Shown: in pieces, positions 1-11,735 of the stretch
Layout: every line of letters starts with the position of its first letter
How positions within the stretch are numbered: position 1 is the stretch's first letter
Assembly (NCBI GenBank): GCA_052327205.1
Contig: CM126214.1
Span: 54,002,001-54,066,000 of the forward strand
Origin: Somniosus microcephalus
Taxonomy: Eukaryota
DNA length: 64,000 bases
Direction of reading: 5' to 3'
Program-made: the position numbers and the translations under genes
Notes under the pieces: generated by a model
What the model was told of the DNA's origin: nothing
The model's database searches: none
The model's input: the letters and a program-made list of their open reading frames with translations, nothing else

Positions 1-2278
1 GTAAGACGATGCATGATCAGTGGTGTACATTTAAGGAGTTATTTTACAACTTCCAAAAAATATATATTCCACTGAGAAGAAAAGGGTGTAAAAGAAAAGA
101 CAGCCATCCGTGGCTAAGTAAAGAAATTAAGGATAGTATTCGACTAAAAACAAGGGCATATAAGGTAGCCAAATCTAGTGGGAGGATAGAGGATTGGGAA
201 AACTTCAAAAGACAGCAAAAAATAACAAAAAGATTGATTAAGAAAGGGAAGATAGATTATGAAAGTAAATTAGCAAAAAATATAAAAACAGATAGTAAGA
301 GTTTTTATAGTTATATAAAAAGAAAAAGGGTGGCTAAAGAAAATGTTGGTCCCTTAGAGGATGAGACCGGGAAATTAATGGTGGGAAATATGGAAATGGC
401 AAAAACACTGAATGAATATTTTGTATCAGTCTTTACAGTAGAAGACACTAAGAATATCCCAACACTGGACAAACAGGGGGCTATAGGGGGGGAGGAACTA
501 AACACGATCAAAATCACTAAGGAAGTGGTACTCGGTAAAATAATGGGACTCAAGGCGGATAAATCACCTGGATCTGATGGGTTACATCCTAGGGTCTTGA
601 GGGAAGTGGCGGTAGGGATTGTGGATGCATTGGTAATAATTTTCCAAAACTCCCTGGATTCAGCAAAGGTCCCGGCAGACTGGAAAACTGCTAATGTAAC
701 GCCCTTATTTAAAAAGGACAGTAGACAGAAGGCTGGAAACTATAGACCGGTTAGCCTAACATCTGTGGTAGGTAAAATATTGGAGTCCATTATTAAGGAG
801 ACAGTAACAGGACATTTGGATAATCATAATTTAATAGGACAAAGTCAGCATGGTTTTATGAAGGGGAAGTCATGTTTGACAAATTTGCTGGAGTTCTTTG
901 AGGAAGCAACATACAGGGTGGATAAAGGGGAACCAGTGGACATAGTGTATTTAGACTTCCAAAAGGCATTTGACAAGGTGCCACACAAAAGATTATTGCT
1001 TAAGATAAAAAATCACGGGATTTGGGGTAATATTCTGGCATGGATAGAGGATTGGCTATCTAACAGAAGGCAGAGAGTTGGGATAAATGGTTCATTCTCG
1101 GACTGGCAATCAGTAACTAGTGGTGTTCCACAGGGGTCAGTGCTGGGTCCCCAACTCTTTACAATCTATATTAACGATTTGGAGGAGGGGACCGAGTATA
1201 ACATATCAAAGTTTGCACATGATACTAAGATGGGAGGGAAAGTAGTGAGTGAGGAGGACATAAAAAACCTGCAAGGGGACATAGACAGGCTAAGTAAGTG
1301 GGCAGAGATTTGGCAGATGGAATACAATACTGGAAAGTGTGAGGTTATGCACTTTGGCAGGAAAAATCGTAGAGCAAGTTATTATCTTAATGGCAAGAAA
1401 CTGGAAAGTACTGAAGTACAAAGGGATCTGGGGGTCCTGGTGCACGAAACTCAAAAGGTTAGTATGCAGGTGCAGCAAGTGATTAAGAAGGCCAATGGAA
1501 TGTTGGCTTTCATTGCTAGGGGGATAGAATATAAAAATAGGGAGGTATTGCTTCAGTTGTACAAGGTATTGGTGAGACCGCACCTGGAATACTGCATACA
1601 GTTTTGGTGTCCATACTTAAGAAAAGACATACTTGCTCTCGAGTCAGTACAAAGAAGGTTCACTCGGTTAATCCCGGGGATGAGGGGAAGGACATATGAG
1701 GAGAGGTTGAGTAGATTGGGACTCTACTCATTGGAGTTCAGAAGAATGAGAGGCGATCTTATTGAAACATATAAGATTGTGAAGGGGTTGGATCGGGTGG
1801 ATGCAGGGAGGGTGTTCCCGATGATGGGTGAAACTAGAACTAGGGGGCATAGTCTTAGAATAAGGGGCTGCTCTTTCAAAACTGAGATGAGGAGGAACTA
1901 CTTCACTCAGAGGGTGGTAGGTCCATGGAATATGCTGCCCCAAAAAGCTGTAGAAGCTACAACATTACATAAATTTAAAACAGAAATAGACAGTTTCCTA
2001 GAAGTAAAGGGATTTAAGGGTTATGGGGAGCGGGCAGGAATTTGGACATGAGTCTAGGTTCGGATCGGTCATGGCCCTGTGGGTAGCGGAGTGGGCCCAG
2101 GGGACGTGTAGCCTGATCCTGCTCCTATTTCGTATGTCTAATTCTGTAAGATTCAGGAGATGGTTCTGTGATAGAAGATTGGCGGTTAGGATCAGATCAG
2201 CCATGATCTTATTGAATGGCGGAGCGGGCTCGAGGGGCCGATTGGCCTACTCCTGCTCCTATTTCTTATGTTCTTATG
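1..2278 (+). mobile_element. CR1-clade LINE, 3' part (ORF2 RT domain plus 3' UTR), cut by window edge; inserted into a Gypsy pol gene
   Basis: ORF 9-2051 has CR1 RT motifs (NYRPVSLTSVVGK, YLDFQKAFDKVPH, SGVPQGSVLGP, LVRPHLEYC). Ends in a (TTCTTATG)2 microsatellite tail at about 2263-2278, directly followed by in-frame Gypsy RT codons (VTVNP). Confidence 0.95.
9..2051 (+). CDS. CR1 ORF2 reverse transcriptase (partial; catalytic FADD reads FAHD, so probably inactive)
   Basis: 680-aa open frame, closely similar to the ORF2 at 20289-23198; ISKFAHDTK in place of ISKFADDTK. Confidence 0.9.
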   Translation: MHDQWCTFKELFYNFQKIYIPLRRKGCKRKDSHPWLSKEIKDSIRLKTRAYKVAKSSGRIEDWENFKRQQKITKRLIKKGKIDYESKLAKNIKTDSKSFYSYIKRKRVAKENVGPLEDETGKLMVGNMEMAKTLNEYFVSVFTVEDTKNIPTLDKQGAIGGEELNTIKITKEVVLGKIMGLKADKSPGSDGLHPRVLREVAVGIVDALVIIFQNSLDSAKVPADWKTANVTPLFKKDSRQKAGNYRPVSLTSVVGKILESIIKETVTGHLDNHNLIGQSQHGFMKGKSCLTNLLEFFEEATYRVDKGEPVDIVYLDFQKAFDKVPHKRLLLKIKNHGIWGNILAWIEDWLSNRRQRVGINGSFSDWQSVTSGVPQGSVLGPQLFTIYINDLEEGTEYNISKFAHDTKMGGKVVSEEDIKNLQGDIDRLSKWAEIWQMEYNTGKCEVMHFGRKNRRASYYLNGKKLESTEVQRDLGVLVHETQKVSMQVQQVIKKANGMLAFIARGIEYKNREVLLQLYKVLVRPHLEYCIQFWCPYLRKDILALESVQRRFTRLIPGMRGRTYEERLSRLGLYSLEFRRMRGDLIETYKIVKGLDRVDAGRVFPMMGETRTRGHSLRIRGCSFKTEMRRNYFTQRVVGPWNMLPQKAVEATTLHKFKTEIDSFLEVKGFKGYGERAGIWT

Positions 2279-5029
2279 TGACAGTGAACCCAGTCCTTCA
2301 CACTGTACAATATCCGCTTCTGCGGATTGAAGATATTTTCGCCTTGCTATCTGGAGGGAAGCGCTTCACTAAGATTGATCTGGCCCAGGCGTACCTGCAA
2401 ATGGAGGTAGAAGAAGCCTCAAAACAGTACCTCACGATCAACACTCATAAAGGTCTCTACCAATACAACCGGCTGGTGTTCGGGGTAGCATCAGCTCCAG
2501 CTATTTGGCAAAGGGCAATGGAACAAGTCCTGCAAGGGATTCCAGGGACCCAGTGTTATTTGGACGACATCCTGGTCACGGGCAAAAATGACAGTGATCA
2601 CCTCGCCAACCTGGAGCAGGTGCTCACTAGATTGAAGGAATATGGGCTCCGAGCTAATCACCACAAATGCGAGTTTTTCCAGAAGCAGATCTCGTATTGT
2701 GGCCACGTTATTGATAAAGCGAGGTTACATAAGTCCCCTGAAAAGATTGAGGCAGTAGTCAAGGCTCCAGCACCGGAAAATGTGTCACAACTGAGGTCGT
2801 TCCTCGGGCTGAACTACTATCATAAGTTCTTGCCGAATTTGTCTACCGTACTACACCCACTGAACACCCTACTGCAAACGGGGGTACCATGGAAGTGGAG
2901 TGACGAATGTAAACGAGCTTTCCAGAAGAGCAAAGCATTGATCACATCAAAAGAGGTGTTGGCTCATTTCAACCCAGCACTACCAATTCGGTTGGCGTGT
3001 GATGCATCACCCTATGGCATTGGAGCAGTGCTGTCGCACAAATTCCCGGACGGCTCGGAGAGGCCAGTAGCCTTTGCGTCTCGGTCACTAACCTCAGCCG
3101 AGCGTAACTACGCCCAGATTGACAGGGAGGCCCTCAGCCTAGCGTGGGGAGTGAAAAAGTTCAATCACTATCTGCACGGGCAGAAGTTCACCTTGCTGAC
3201 TGACCACCAACCACTTGGCTCCAACTTTAACCCAAAGAAGGGCGTTCCGGTGATGACTGCGCAATGGCTACAAAGATGGTCCCTTTTTCTAGGGGCACAC
3301 CAATATGAAATCGATTATAAGGGCACGAAACAGCATGGAAACGCTGATGGGCTATCACGCCTGCCACTGCCTACTGCGGAGGAAGCACCAGCAGTGGATC
3401 CTGTCGAAATATTTCATTCGACTATAATTGAATGCTTGCCAGTAACTAATGCTGGTATAGAGAAGGAGACCCGAAATGACCCGACACTGTCTCGGTATAT
3501 GATTTGACGGTGAAGGGATGGCCAGCACATGGTGACTCACTGTTGCCAGCATTCTCATCCAGAAGAGAACAGCTGTCAGTATGCCAGGGGACCTTGATGT
3601 GTGGATCCCGAGTGGTAATTCCACCCACATTAAGGGAGAGAGTGCTCAATGAGCTTCACGAAGGTCATCTGGGCGGGGTGAAAATGAAAAGCCTTGCTAG
3701 GGCTTATGTGTGGTGGCCGGGGATTGATCAGCAAATCGAGGACCTGACAAAGAGCTGCTCAGGATGCCAGAAAGTCCAAAATGCACCACCACATGCCCCT
3801 CTACACCCATGGGAGTAGCCCTCATCTCCATGGCAACGGGTGCATATTGATTTTGCTGGTCCATTCATGGACTCAATGTTTTTAATAGCCGTGGATGCGC
3901 ACTCGAAATGGCCTGAGGTGATCAAAATGTCCTCCACCACCACGGAGAAAACTATTGCAGTCCTACGGACCATTTTTGCCAGGAACGGCTTGCCAGAGCA
4001 GATTTGCTCTGATAACGGACCACAGTTTGTGTCCGAAGAGTTTTGAATATTTATGAAAAGGAATGGGGTAAGGCATTACACATCCGCCCCTTATCATCCA
4101 GCCACAAATGGATTGGCTGAGAGGTTAGTACAAACCTTTAAAAAAGCAGTAAAGGCCATGTGCGATGACGACATTCCACTGCAGCATAAGGTGGACAATT
4201 TCCTGTTAGCCTACAGAAATGCGACACTTGCAGTCACCAACCAGGCCCCGGCCATGATGTTCTTTAACCGAAGGTTGAGATCTCGTCTGGATTTGCTCAG
4301 ACCAAATGTACGAAGAGATGTTGAGAGTAAGCAATTCCAGCACATCAATGAGAAGCCGACAAGGAGCTTCAATGTAGGGCAACCAGTCTTGGCCCGCGAC
4401 TACCGAACAGAGAAATGGCAACCAGGAACGATATGCACACGGCAGGGGCCACTAATGTACACAGTGGATGTTGGGGAGTACATTGTGAGACGCCATGCTG
4501 ACCAGATCCTAGAGTCACAGGAACGAGTCAACCCCATGTCTCGGCCATACGTACCTGGTGAGGAACCCGACGTACAGGTCGCATCTACTTCAGAAACAAT
4601 AGCATTGGAAGCTGATGAATCAACTGACGACAGGGTGTTAGAATCGCCTCCGCACCAAGAGCGAGACACTCGGGCAAGGCGTTATCCAGAAAGAATCAGG
4701 AAGCCTCCCCAAAGACTGAATTTATAAATAGACTATTTTCAGTTAATGTTGCATGTTAAAAGTGTTAATTGTAATTAGTTTGATATTTAATTGTTAAATG
4801 AGTGTTATGGTACTGTTAATCTAAAAGGGGAGGAATTGTAATGTATGTACCTTTAAGGGGGAGAACTACTTTTTACAGCTCCTGTATCCTGTAGTACCGG
4901 CAGTGACCACACCTGTATATAAACCCTGAGTAGTGATCTGTACAGTCAGTTGCAGTTTGAAACCTCATTCAGTAAACACCTGTTGATCGTTCCCTGCAGT
5001 CTGTTGTCTGATTATTGAAGGACACAACA
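2279..5029 (+). mobile_element. Ty3/Gypsy LTR retrotransposon (Mag-like), 3' portion: degenerate pol, PPT and 3' LTR
   Basis: RT (YLDDILV), RNase H (LACDASPYGIGAVL), integrase zinc finger (LHEGH..C..C) and core (SDNGPQF, NGLAERLV); pol ends PPQRLNL at 4727. Stops at about 3505, 3816 and 4044 plus a frameshift. Confidence 0.93.
4837..5029 (+). repeat. 3' LTR (193 bp) of the Gypsy element
   Basis: Follows polypurine tract AAAAGGGGAGGAA (4823-4835); TG...CA termini (TGTAATG...CACAACA); internal TATATAAA and AGTAAA. Confidence 0.8.
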
Positions 5030-5777
5030 TTAAGATACACGGATATAACACCTACCACCACCTCAACCGCAGTCAGTTAACTCAGCACAGACCAGTGATC
5101 AAACCTGGAACCTCCTGATCCGTGGGACTTATCTAGGTTTAATGTTAGCACAGAGTTGACTGTTCTGTTGGCCTTCGCTAAGACGAACCAGCATTTGGAC
5201 ACTGGTAAGTAAATCTATGAATCCACGCAGAGCAGAAATCTGCGTGGATGCAGAGTGGCTCGATAGCAGACTGTATATCCTTTGTGGGCCAAAAGCTTGT
5301 GCACAGATTTCACATTATTTTAATTTTACTGACAAACTATGAAAAAGAAAATAGGCAGAACAAAAGGAGGTCATTCAGCCCTTCTTGCCAGGGCTAAATA
5401 TAGCTTGCTAAATCAGGTTACCCTCGCCTGTGTTTGAACATCGGTAAGAGCCTTGCAACAATAATAACTTGCATTTATGTTGCAACCTTGACACAGTAAA
5501 TGTCACAAAGTGCTTGATGGAGAAGAAATGGACGCTGAAAGGTAGTAGAAGAATTAGGGGAGATGGAAGATGGTTAGAAGGTTCTGAGGAGGTTTCTGAA
5601 ACACATGGAATCCCTACCACTTGGTTTAAAAGCCTCTATTTCAGGCTACTGAGAAATCTATACCCACCTGTAGGGTGTCCATTTGCCGAACATAAGCTGG
5701 CATTCAGAGATTTCCCCACTTCTGTTGTTGGCCACCAGTAAAAGAAGGAAAGGAATTTGAATCAGGGATGAAATTAT

Positions 5778-6060
5778 AAGAACATAGGAACAGGAGAAGG
5801 TGATTTAGCCCCTCGAGCCTGTTCCGCCATTCAATTAGATCAGGGCTGATTTGTATCTTAATTCCATCTACTCGCCTTGGTTCCGTATCCCTTAATAACC
5901 TTGCCTAACAAAAATCTATCAGTCTCAGTTTTGAAATTTTCAATTGACCCCCAATCTCAACAACTTTTTGGGGGAGAGAGTTCCAGATTTCCACAACCCT
6001 TTTTCAATTCTTTTAATCATCTTAAACACCTCAATTAGATCACCCCTTATGCCAGCTTCC
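5778..6060 (-). mobile_element. CR1 LINE 3' end fragment
   Basis: Reverse complement of CR1 tail and 3' UTR (aagaacataggaacaggag..gccattcaa) and RGDLIEVFK codons. Confidence 0.8.
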
Positions 6061-7023
6061 ATACAGTGAATGATTACCTCATTAACTTTAAACTTTGGGC
6101 CTGTAGTTTTTTTTCTTCTGTGGGAAAGTACCAGGCCTTTACTTAGCAATCGCCCAGAGCCACATCTAGTCAGGGGCTCACTGGGTGAAAGAATTACAGG
6201 CCCCAGATCCCATCATTCCTCTCAGTGTTGCTGCATTCCTGAGCCAGGTTTTGGTTAGGATTGTGACTCTTGACAAAAAGTTAGCGGTTAACACAGGAAT
6301 AAACATCAGTGGAGGTGAAATTTCTCAATTCACGCATGATGGGAGAATGTCCGTTTTTTCTCTGTGACAAATGACTTGCTCACAAAATCTGATCCTCATG
6401 TTTCAAAATTACATGCCCCCACAATGTCATTAGCAAAGGACATTCTCCCTATTTTTAAAAGAATTATTTCATCCCAGCAAGTGACAGGTAGAGGCATTTT
6501 ACAGCTCATGCGATGTAAGTGCCTGTAAGGAAATGGTTAATTCTTTACACTGACTGTTAGCTTTTGCTTGCTAAGTGAGATTCATTTGCAGTAAAATTAA
6601 AAGTTACCAGACAGAGATTTTAGCTGATAAGCATTCAGCTACAAGTTTTCTTTGTTTTAGCAGCTGTCCTCCTCGGGATTAATTCCTCCAAGGACACATC
6701 TGCGCTTGGCAAGTGAGAACTCACCTGTAGGAGAGGCTTGGGCCCCTGTAACTGTCTCCAGTTGAATGACTTTAATGACAGTTCCATCAAGGTGAAGGCT
6801 TGGGGAGTTATTCTTGTTAAAACTGAAGTCCAGCTAATTGGAGGAGGTAATACTTTGAAACATGTAGATTCTCACATAGCCAGAATGAAAGAAAAGTATA
6901 AAAAGAGGGGAGTTAGGACTGATATTTCAGAATTCGACAGGGCCTGGCTAGCAGATCCCCTCAAGCTCGAAACCTATGACATGGTGAATTCTCCTGTAAT
7001 TTGTTTTATCGTAAGTGTCTCAA

Positions 7024-7128
7024 GTATATGTGTAATTATTGATAATAATAGTTATTGTATATGTGTAATTTTTGATAATAATAGTTATCACTGTATATGT
7101 GTAATTATTGATAATCATATTATCATTG
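7024..7128. repeat. Short AT-rich tandem repeat (about 33-bp unit, 3 copies) in an LTR-like context
   Basis: GTATATGTGTAATT(A/T)TTGATAAT repeated three times; TATAAAA upstream (about 6896) and AATAAA downstream (about 7153). Confidence 0.6.
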
Positions 7129-8636
7129 TATGCTTATTTCCTATGAAAGCCAATAAATGCCTTTCAACCCTCAAATCTTGTGGAATAACTTATAAATGTA
7201 TAAGTAAGAACATCCATTCCATAAGCCGCCGAAGGGTTAAAGCACCATGTGTGAGGTAGAGGATGCTGCAGCTCCAGGCTTTGCTTGTACAGGTACCAGC
7301 CCATCATGGAAGCTTTAACCTCTCCTCCTTGCTGGCTAAACCATGGTGATTGTGAGCTCAGGTGAAACTGTTTATAGTTTTCCAGCTCTCATCCCCATTG
7401 TAGACTCAACTAATCTGCTGTTTTCTGACATATGCAGTCGGAAGGCCCAGGAATTGAATTAAATGTCAAATATTTTAGCACATTGGTGTATCTGAAATAC
7501 TTCTGTACAAACAAATACCCAGGGAATAAAATTAATCATTCACTTTCTCTCATATTCCATATGTGTGCCAATCAACCAAAGACAGTTGAATTTGTTCAGT
7601 AGCTTAAGGGAGTGCACTGCAAAACTGATGCCAAGCGCTCACTAACCTAATTCTTATGAATGGATTGCTACGTCATTATTATCACTATACACAAAAATAC
7701 AATCCACCCATCTGAGTGAGGAATAGGAGCCGTACAAACTAACCGTGAAGGTAGCTAATCTCAGTTGGAATGGCAATGGCGCGCTGCAATTGGGCTCAGC
7801 ACCCTTTGGCTATGGAAGAGGAGCAATTAGCTAGGTTTCCTGTTCCTTGTCATTATCGTGTGTGGCTGTCGGGCGAGGTCAGCTGTAACCGTCTTCACTT
7901 TACTGGAGCTGCCATAACCCTCCCACCATTACATTATGCAGACATGGAAAAGGCTCTTTACCGGAATGAGGTGGGGTAGAGTACGGTTCTTCCTCCTTTG
8001 AGAGCTGGAATTTAATCCTTTTGTTAAATTGAGAAAGGTAAGCGAGAAACCAAGACCCATAGCATGGGACACCACCAAATGTGAAACGATGCGAGAGAAG
8101 ACAAAGCGCATCAAGAAGTAATGATTGGGCAATAGTGAGCTTGGTTTTAAAAGCCTGCAGACTGTAGGAAGACTGAGGGAGGGATGGAGTTTTACCATTT
8201 TGAGAAGCTGCGAGAGAAATAGATGAGTCTTGATTTCAACACAGTCCATTTACCCACTGGAAATTACACATGTGCGGATATCAACAACCATTTTAATTTA
8301 TATAGTGCCTTTACTGTAAAGGAACATCCCAACATGCTTCACAAATATTGTGCCGGGCCAGGAAGGAAGAAATTAGGATGGGGTGGCCAAAACCATGGTC
8401 AAAGAGATAGATTTTGAGAAGGTGGCAAGAGATGGAAACGTCTATGGAGGTAGTTTCAGAGAATAGGAACAAGACAGGTGAAGGCCCCGTCACAGTAGTG
8501 GCACAAAGTGGGGAGGGAATGCACAGAAGGCCAGAGTCAGAGGAGCAACAGATAATAACCTGTATGGATTCTGGGTGAGGAGAGGATCTTGCTCAACTCT
8601 TATGTCCTGCACAGTTGAATCGCATTCGAACATTAA

Positions 8637-10448
8637 GGGCTCGATTTTGCCAAGCACGAGGAGGCGGCTTTGGAGGCATGTGAGGTGGTAAAATCGCAAA
8701 AAACGAGCAATTTTCCCACAGGCGTGTTTTCTGACCCCGTTTCCATCCCGCCTCCAAGAGGTGGGATAGGCCCTTAAGGCCATTACCAACTTGGCTTGAC
8801 AGCACCTTGCTGCACTTCAGGGGGGCCATGAGGACCCATTTCTGCACTGAAAGTCCTACTCCAGAGGACTTCCATAAAGGTCTGGTTTGTTTGCTCAATA
8901 GCTGACCATCGCTCCTCAAGAGATGTCATTCTGTTCTGAACAATTACCATGTTTTCCATACCCTGGCAACTAAGCTCCTCCATGGCTGTAGCCATCCTCT
9001 CCTCTACCGTAGCCATCCTCTCCTCTACGGTAGCCAGCCTTACCACGGAGTTAGCCATCCTTTCCACAGAGGTTGCCATCCTTTCCGCGGTGATGCGTTC
9101 ATGCACCAATGCCTCCACAAAGGCTCTGCTCATGTTCGCGATGGGCTCCTCCATTCGCTCCACACTCACAGCGACCCTGGAGACAAAACCTGCCAGAGAC
9201 TCCTGCACCTGTTCCTGGAGTTCCAGCACCATTCTCCTTCTGGATGCACCCGGAGGTACAGGGTTGACATGCAGCTGAGCCGAGCTGGCTGAGTCCTGTG
9301 CCCTCCGATGAGGACTCTCCACTGCTGTCCCTGTTTCCACTATCTGCTGATGCTCACTTGTGAGCTGTGATACACCAGGTGCCAACACTACTCTATTTCG
9401 CGAAGGTCCCATCAAGGTGTGAGTGTCTGTGCTGGTGCTGGGTGCACTGAATTCTGCTGACGCTGCACCCTCAGAGGTTGCAGCTTCCTCTGAGGAGTCT
9501 GGAAGCTCAGGCTCTTCTTCCTGGACAGTGGGGACGGGGGCTTTTGATGGTCCTGTGGGGAAGTAAAGGAAAGAGTTAGAGATGTGAGGTCCAGGTTACA
9601 TGCACATTGAATAGTGCAGATGATCATAAGTCAATCTGTTAGAGCATCAGATTCATTATCAGTGACTCATGCAATGTCAATGAGAGTGATGCCAAACTAT
9701 TCTGTCACCAGATTGCTGTGATGCGCCCGTCTGTCCGTCCCCCCACTTGCGCATCGTCCTCCACTCCCACGATCTCCAGGGCCACCTCCTCTGCATTGGT
9801 GAGCTGGGCTATTGAGGGTGGCCCTCCTCCTGTCCTCGCCCTTTCCCTCTTATTGTGAGTTCTCTTTTCCTGCAATGAGGGAGACAAGTAGAGTTTGAGT
9901 GAGAATGAAGGAGTGAGTTTAGAGAATCCATAGCATAGATGCTTAGAAGGAGACAAAGATGGAGTGAGGTGCCAAGACCAAGGGCCCTCCCTGTGTGTTG
10001 TAAGTTGTTGGCATTGCATCACAGTGATAGGGAGTGTGAGGGCTGCATAGTCGAATAGCTCAGTGAATGTGAACATAGAGAGAGAGGGAATGGGTAAGGG
10101 TGCAGGGATGTAAGGGTGAAGTGGGATGTGGAGGAGGAGGTTGACAAAGCAGAGTGCTGGTGATGAGAGGCAATGGGGATCAGATTGAGGGTGATGGGAA
10201 TGTAATACTCACTTTTCCTGTGCAGAGAAGGTCATGAAACCTCTTTTGGCATTGCAGCATTGATGATGTCATCAGAGGCGACTTTCTGTATGAAAAGACT
10301 CATTGGGCCAGGGGTTCCCACATGCTGGAAATCAATTGCCTAATTAGGGGAAAATCGCTATTTTTCAACACTTCACTTCGGAGTCGGGGTCCTGACATGA
10401 ATCCCACCTGACACACCCCAGCCTGCCCACACTGGCAAAATTGCGCCC
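8637..10448 (-). mobile_element. PIF/Harbinger DNA transposon deletion derivative carrying an intron-containing Myb/SANT-like gene remnant, no transposase
   Basis: TIRs GGGCTCGATTTTGCCA / TGGCAAAATTGCGCCC; TAA on both flanks (8634-8636, 10449-10451). Minus-strand exons: QCQKRFHDLL..GK|gtgagt (donor 10212), cag|EKRTHNKRERARTGGGPP (9869-9709), cag|9552 onward into a coiled-coil ORF. Confidence 0.85.
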
Positions 10449-10749
10449 TAACTGTCAGTTCCCACATGGGAAGATTGACCAATTGGATCAGATACTATTT
10501 GAGCTGGCAGCTGTAGCCAAGCACGGAGTTAACACCTTCAGGAAAGGAGAAGTGAAAATTGGGCATAAATCTAACACAGCTGGTGTATCAGGCCCATTTT
10601 TCCACTTCCAATAGTTTAATTTCCAGTATAATTTTATTCCTTGCTCTTTGGCCTCCCTGGCCTACATGCCATTCCCTGATTGAGAACTACTACCAAGCTT
10701 CTGGGCTCCTCTCCTTTCCTTTAGGGGCTTTTACTTGTTATCTAATTGT

Positions 10750-11735
10750 TCAGCTTGGCCAGTTGGTAGCTGTCTTGTTTCTAAGTTAGAAGGTTGTGGG
10801 TTCAAGCCTCACTTAAGGGCTTGAGCCCTTTAATTTAGGCTGACACTTCACTGCAGTACTAAGGGAGTGCTGCCTTGTCAGGTATGCTATCTTTTAGATC
10901 AGCTGTTACACTGAGGTCCTGCCTACCTGTTCAAGATGTTACAAAAGATTCCATGGTGCAATACAAAAAAAAATAGGGAGCTGACCTAGTATCCTAGCCA
11001 CCGTTCCTCTCTCATCACCACCCAAAAAAAAATGCTATCTGGGCACATCTCATTTTCTGGATGAGATCTTGTTGTGCACAAATTGGCTTTTTTTTTATTC
11101 ATTCCTTGGATGTAGGCATCATTGGCAAGGCCAGCATTTATTGCCCATCCCTGATTACCTTTGAGAAGGTGGTGCCTTCTTGAACTGCTGCAGTCCATGT
11201 AGTGATACTTCTTTGTATTGGTTTGGTACAATTGAGTGGCTTGCTTGGCCATTTCAGAGGGCAGTTAAGAGTCAACCACATTGCTGTGGGATTGAAGTCA
11301 CATTTCAGCCAGACCAGGTAAGGACAGCAGATTTCCTTCCTTATTAGTCTCCCTCACCATTTCCCCCCTGGTAACTGTCTCTCTGCATTGGCAACTGTCT
11401 CCCTCTCTCTCACCATTAGTGAACCAGGTGGGTTTATTACAACAATCTTGTAGTTTCAGTGGTCACTATTACCGATTTTTTTAAATTTCAGATTTATTTA
11501 ATTAACTGAATTTAAATTCCCCAGTTGCTGTGGACTAGGGATTTGAACTCATACCTCTAGTTTACTTAGTCCAGGCCTCCAGATTACTAAACCAGTAACA
11601 TAACCACTATGCTACCATATCCAATATGCTGCTGTATTTGCTTACATAACAAAAGTAACTACACTTCTAAAGTAAAGTAATTTGGGATGTCCTGAGGACG
11701 TGAACGGCACTACATAAATGCAAGTTCTGTCTTCT
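10750..11735 (+). mobile_element. DeuSINE (SacSINE1/AmnSINE1-like) interrupted by a second SINE
   Basis: tRNA-like head (ggttgtgggttcaagc); body resumes at about 11625 (gctgctgtatttg...taaatgcaagttc). Confidence 0.75.
11090..11620 (-). mobile_element. tRNA-derived SINE with LINE-derived 3' tail, nested in the DeuSINE
   Basis: Minus strand starts GGTAGCATAGTGGTTA...GAGTTCAAATCCC (A/B box-like). Its tail matches the LINE 3' end at 34680-34775 and 53950-54060. Confidence 0.7.

Noticed and set aside
2023-3507. 494-aa ORF as a novel protein
   Set aside because: Chance read-through from the CR1 3' UTR into the interrupted Gypsy RT at 2279; the N-terminal 85 aa are translated UTR.
6738-7259. 173-aa ORF
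   Set aside because: Non-ATG start, runs through an AT-rich tandem repeat, no recognisable domain.
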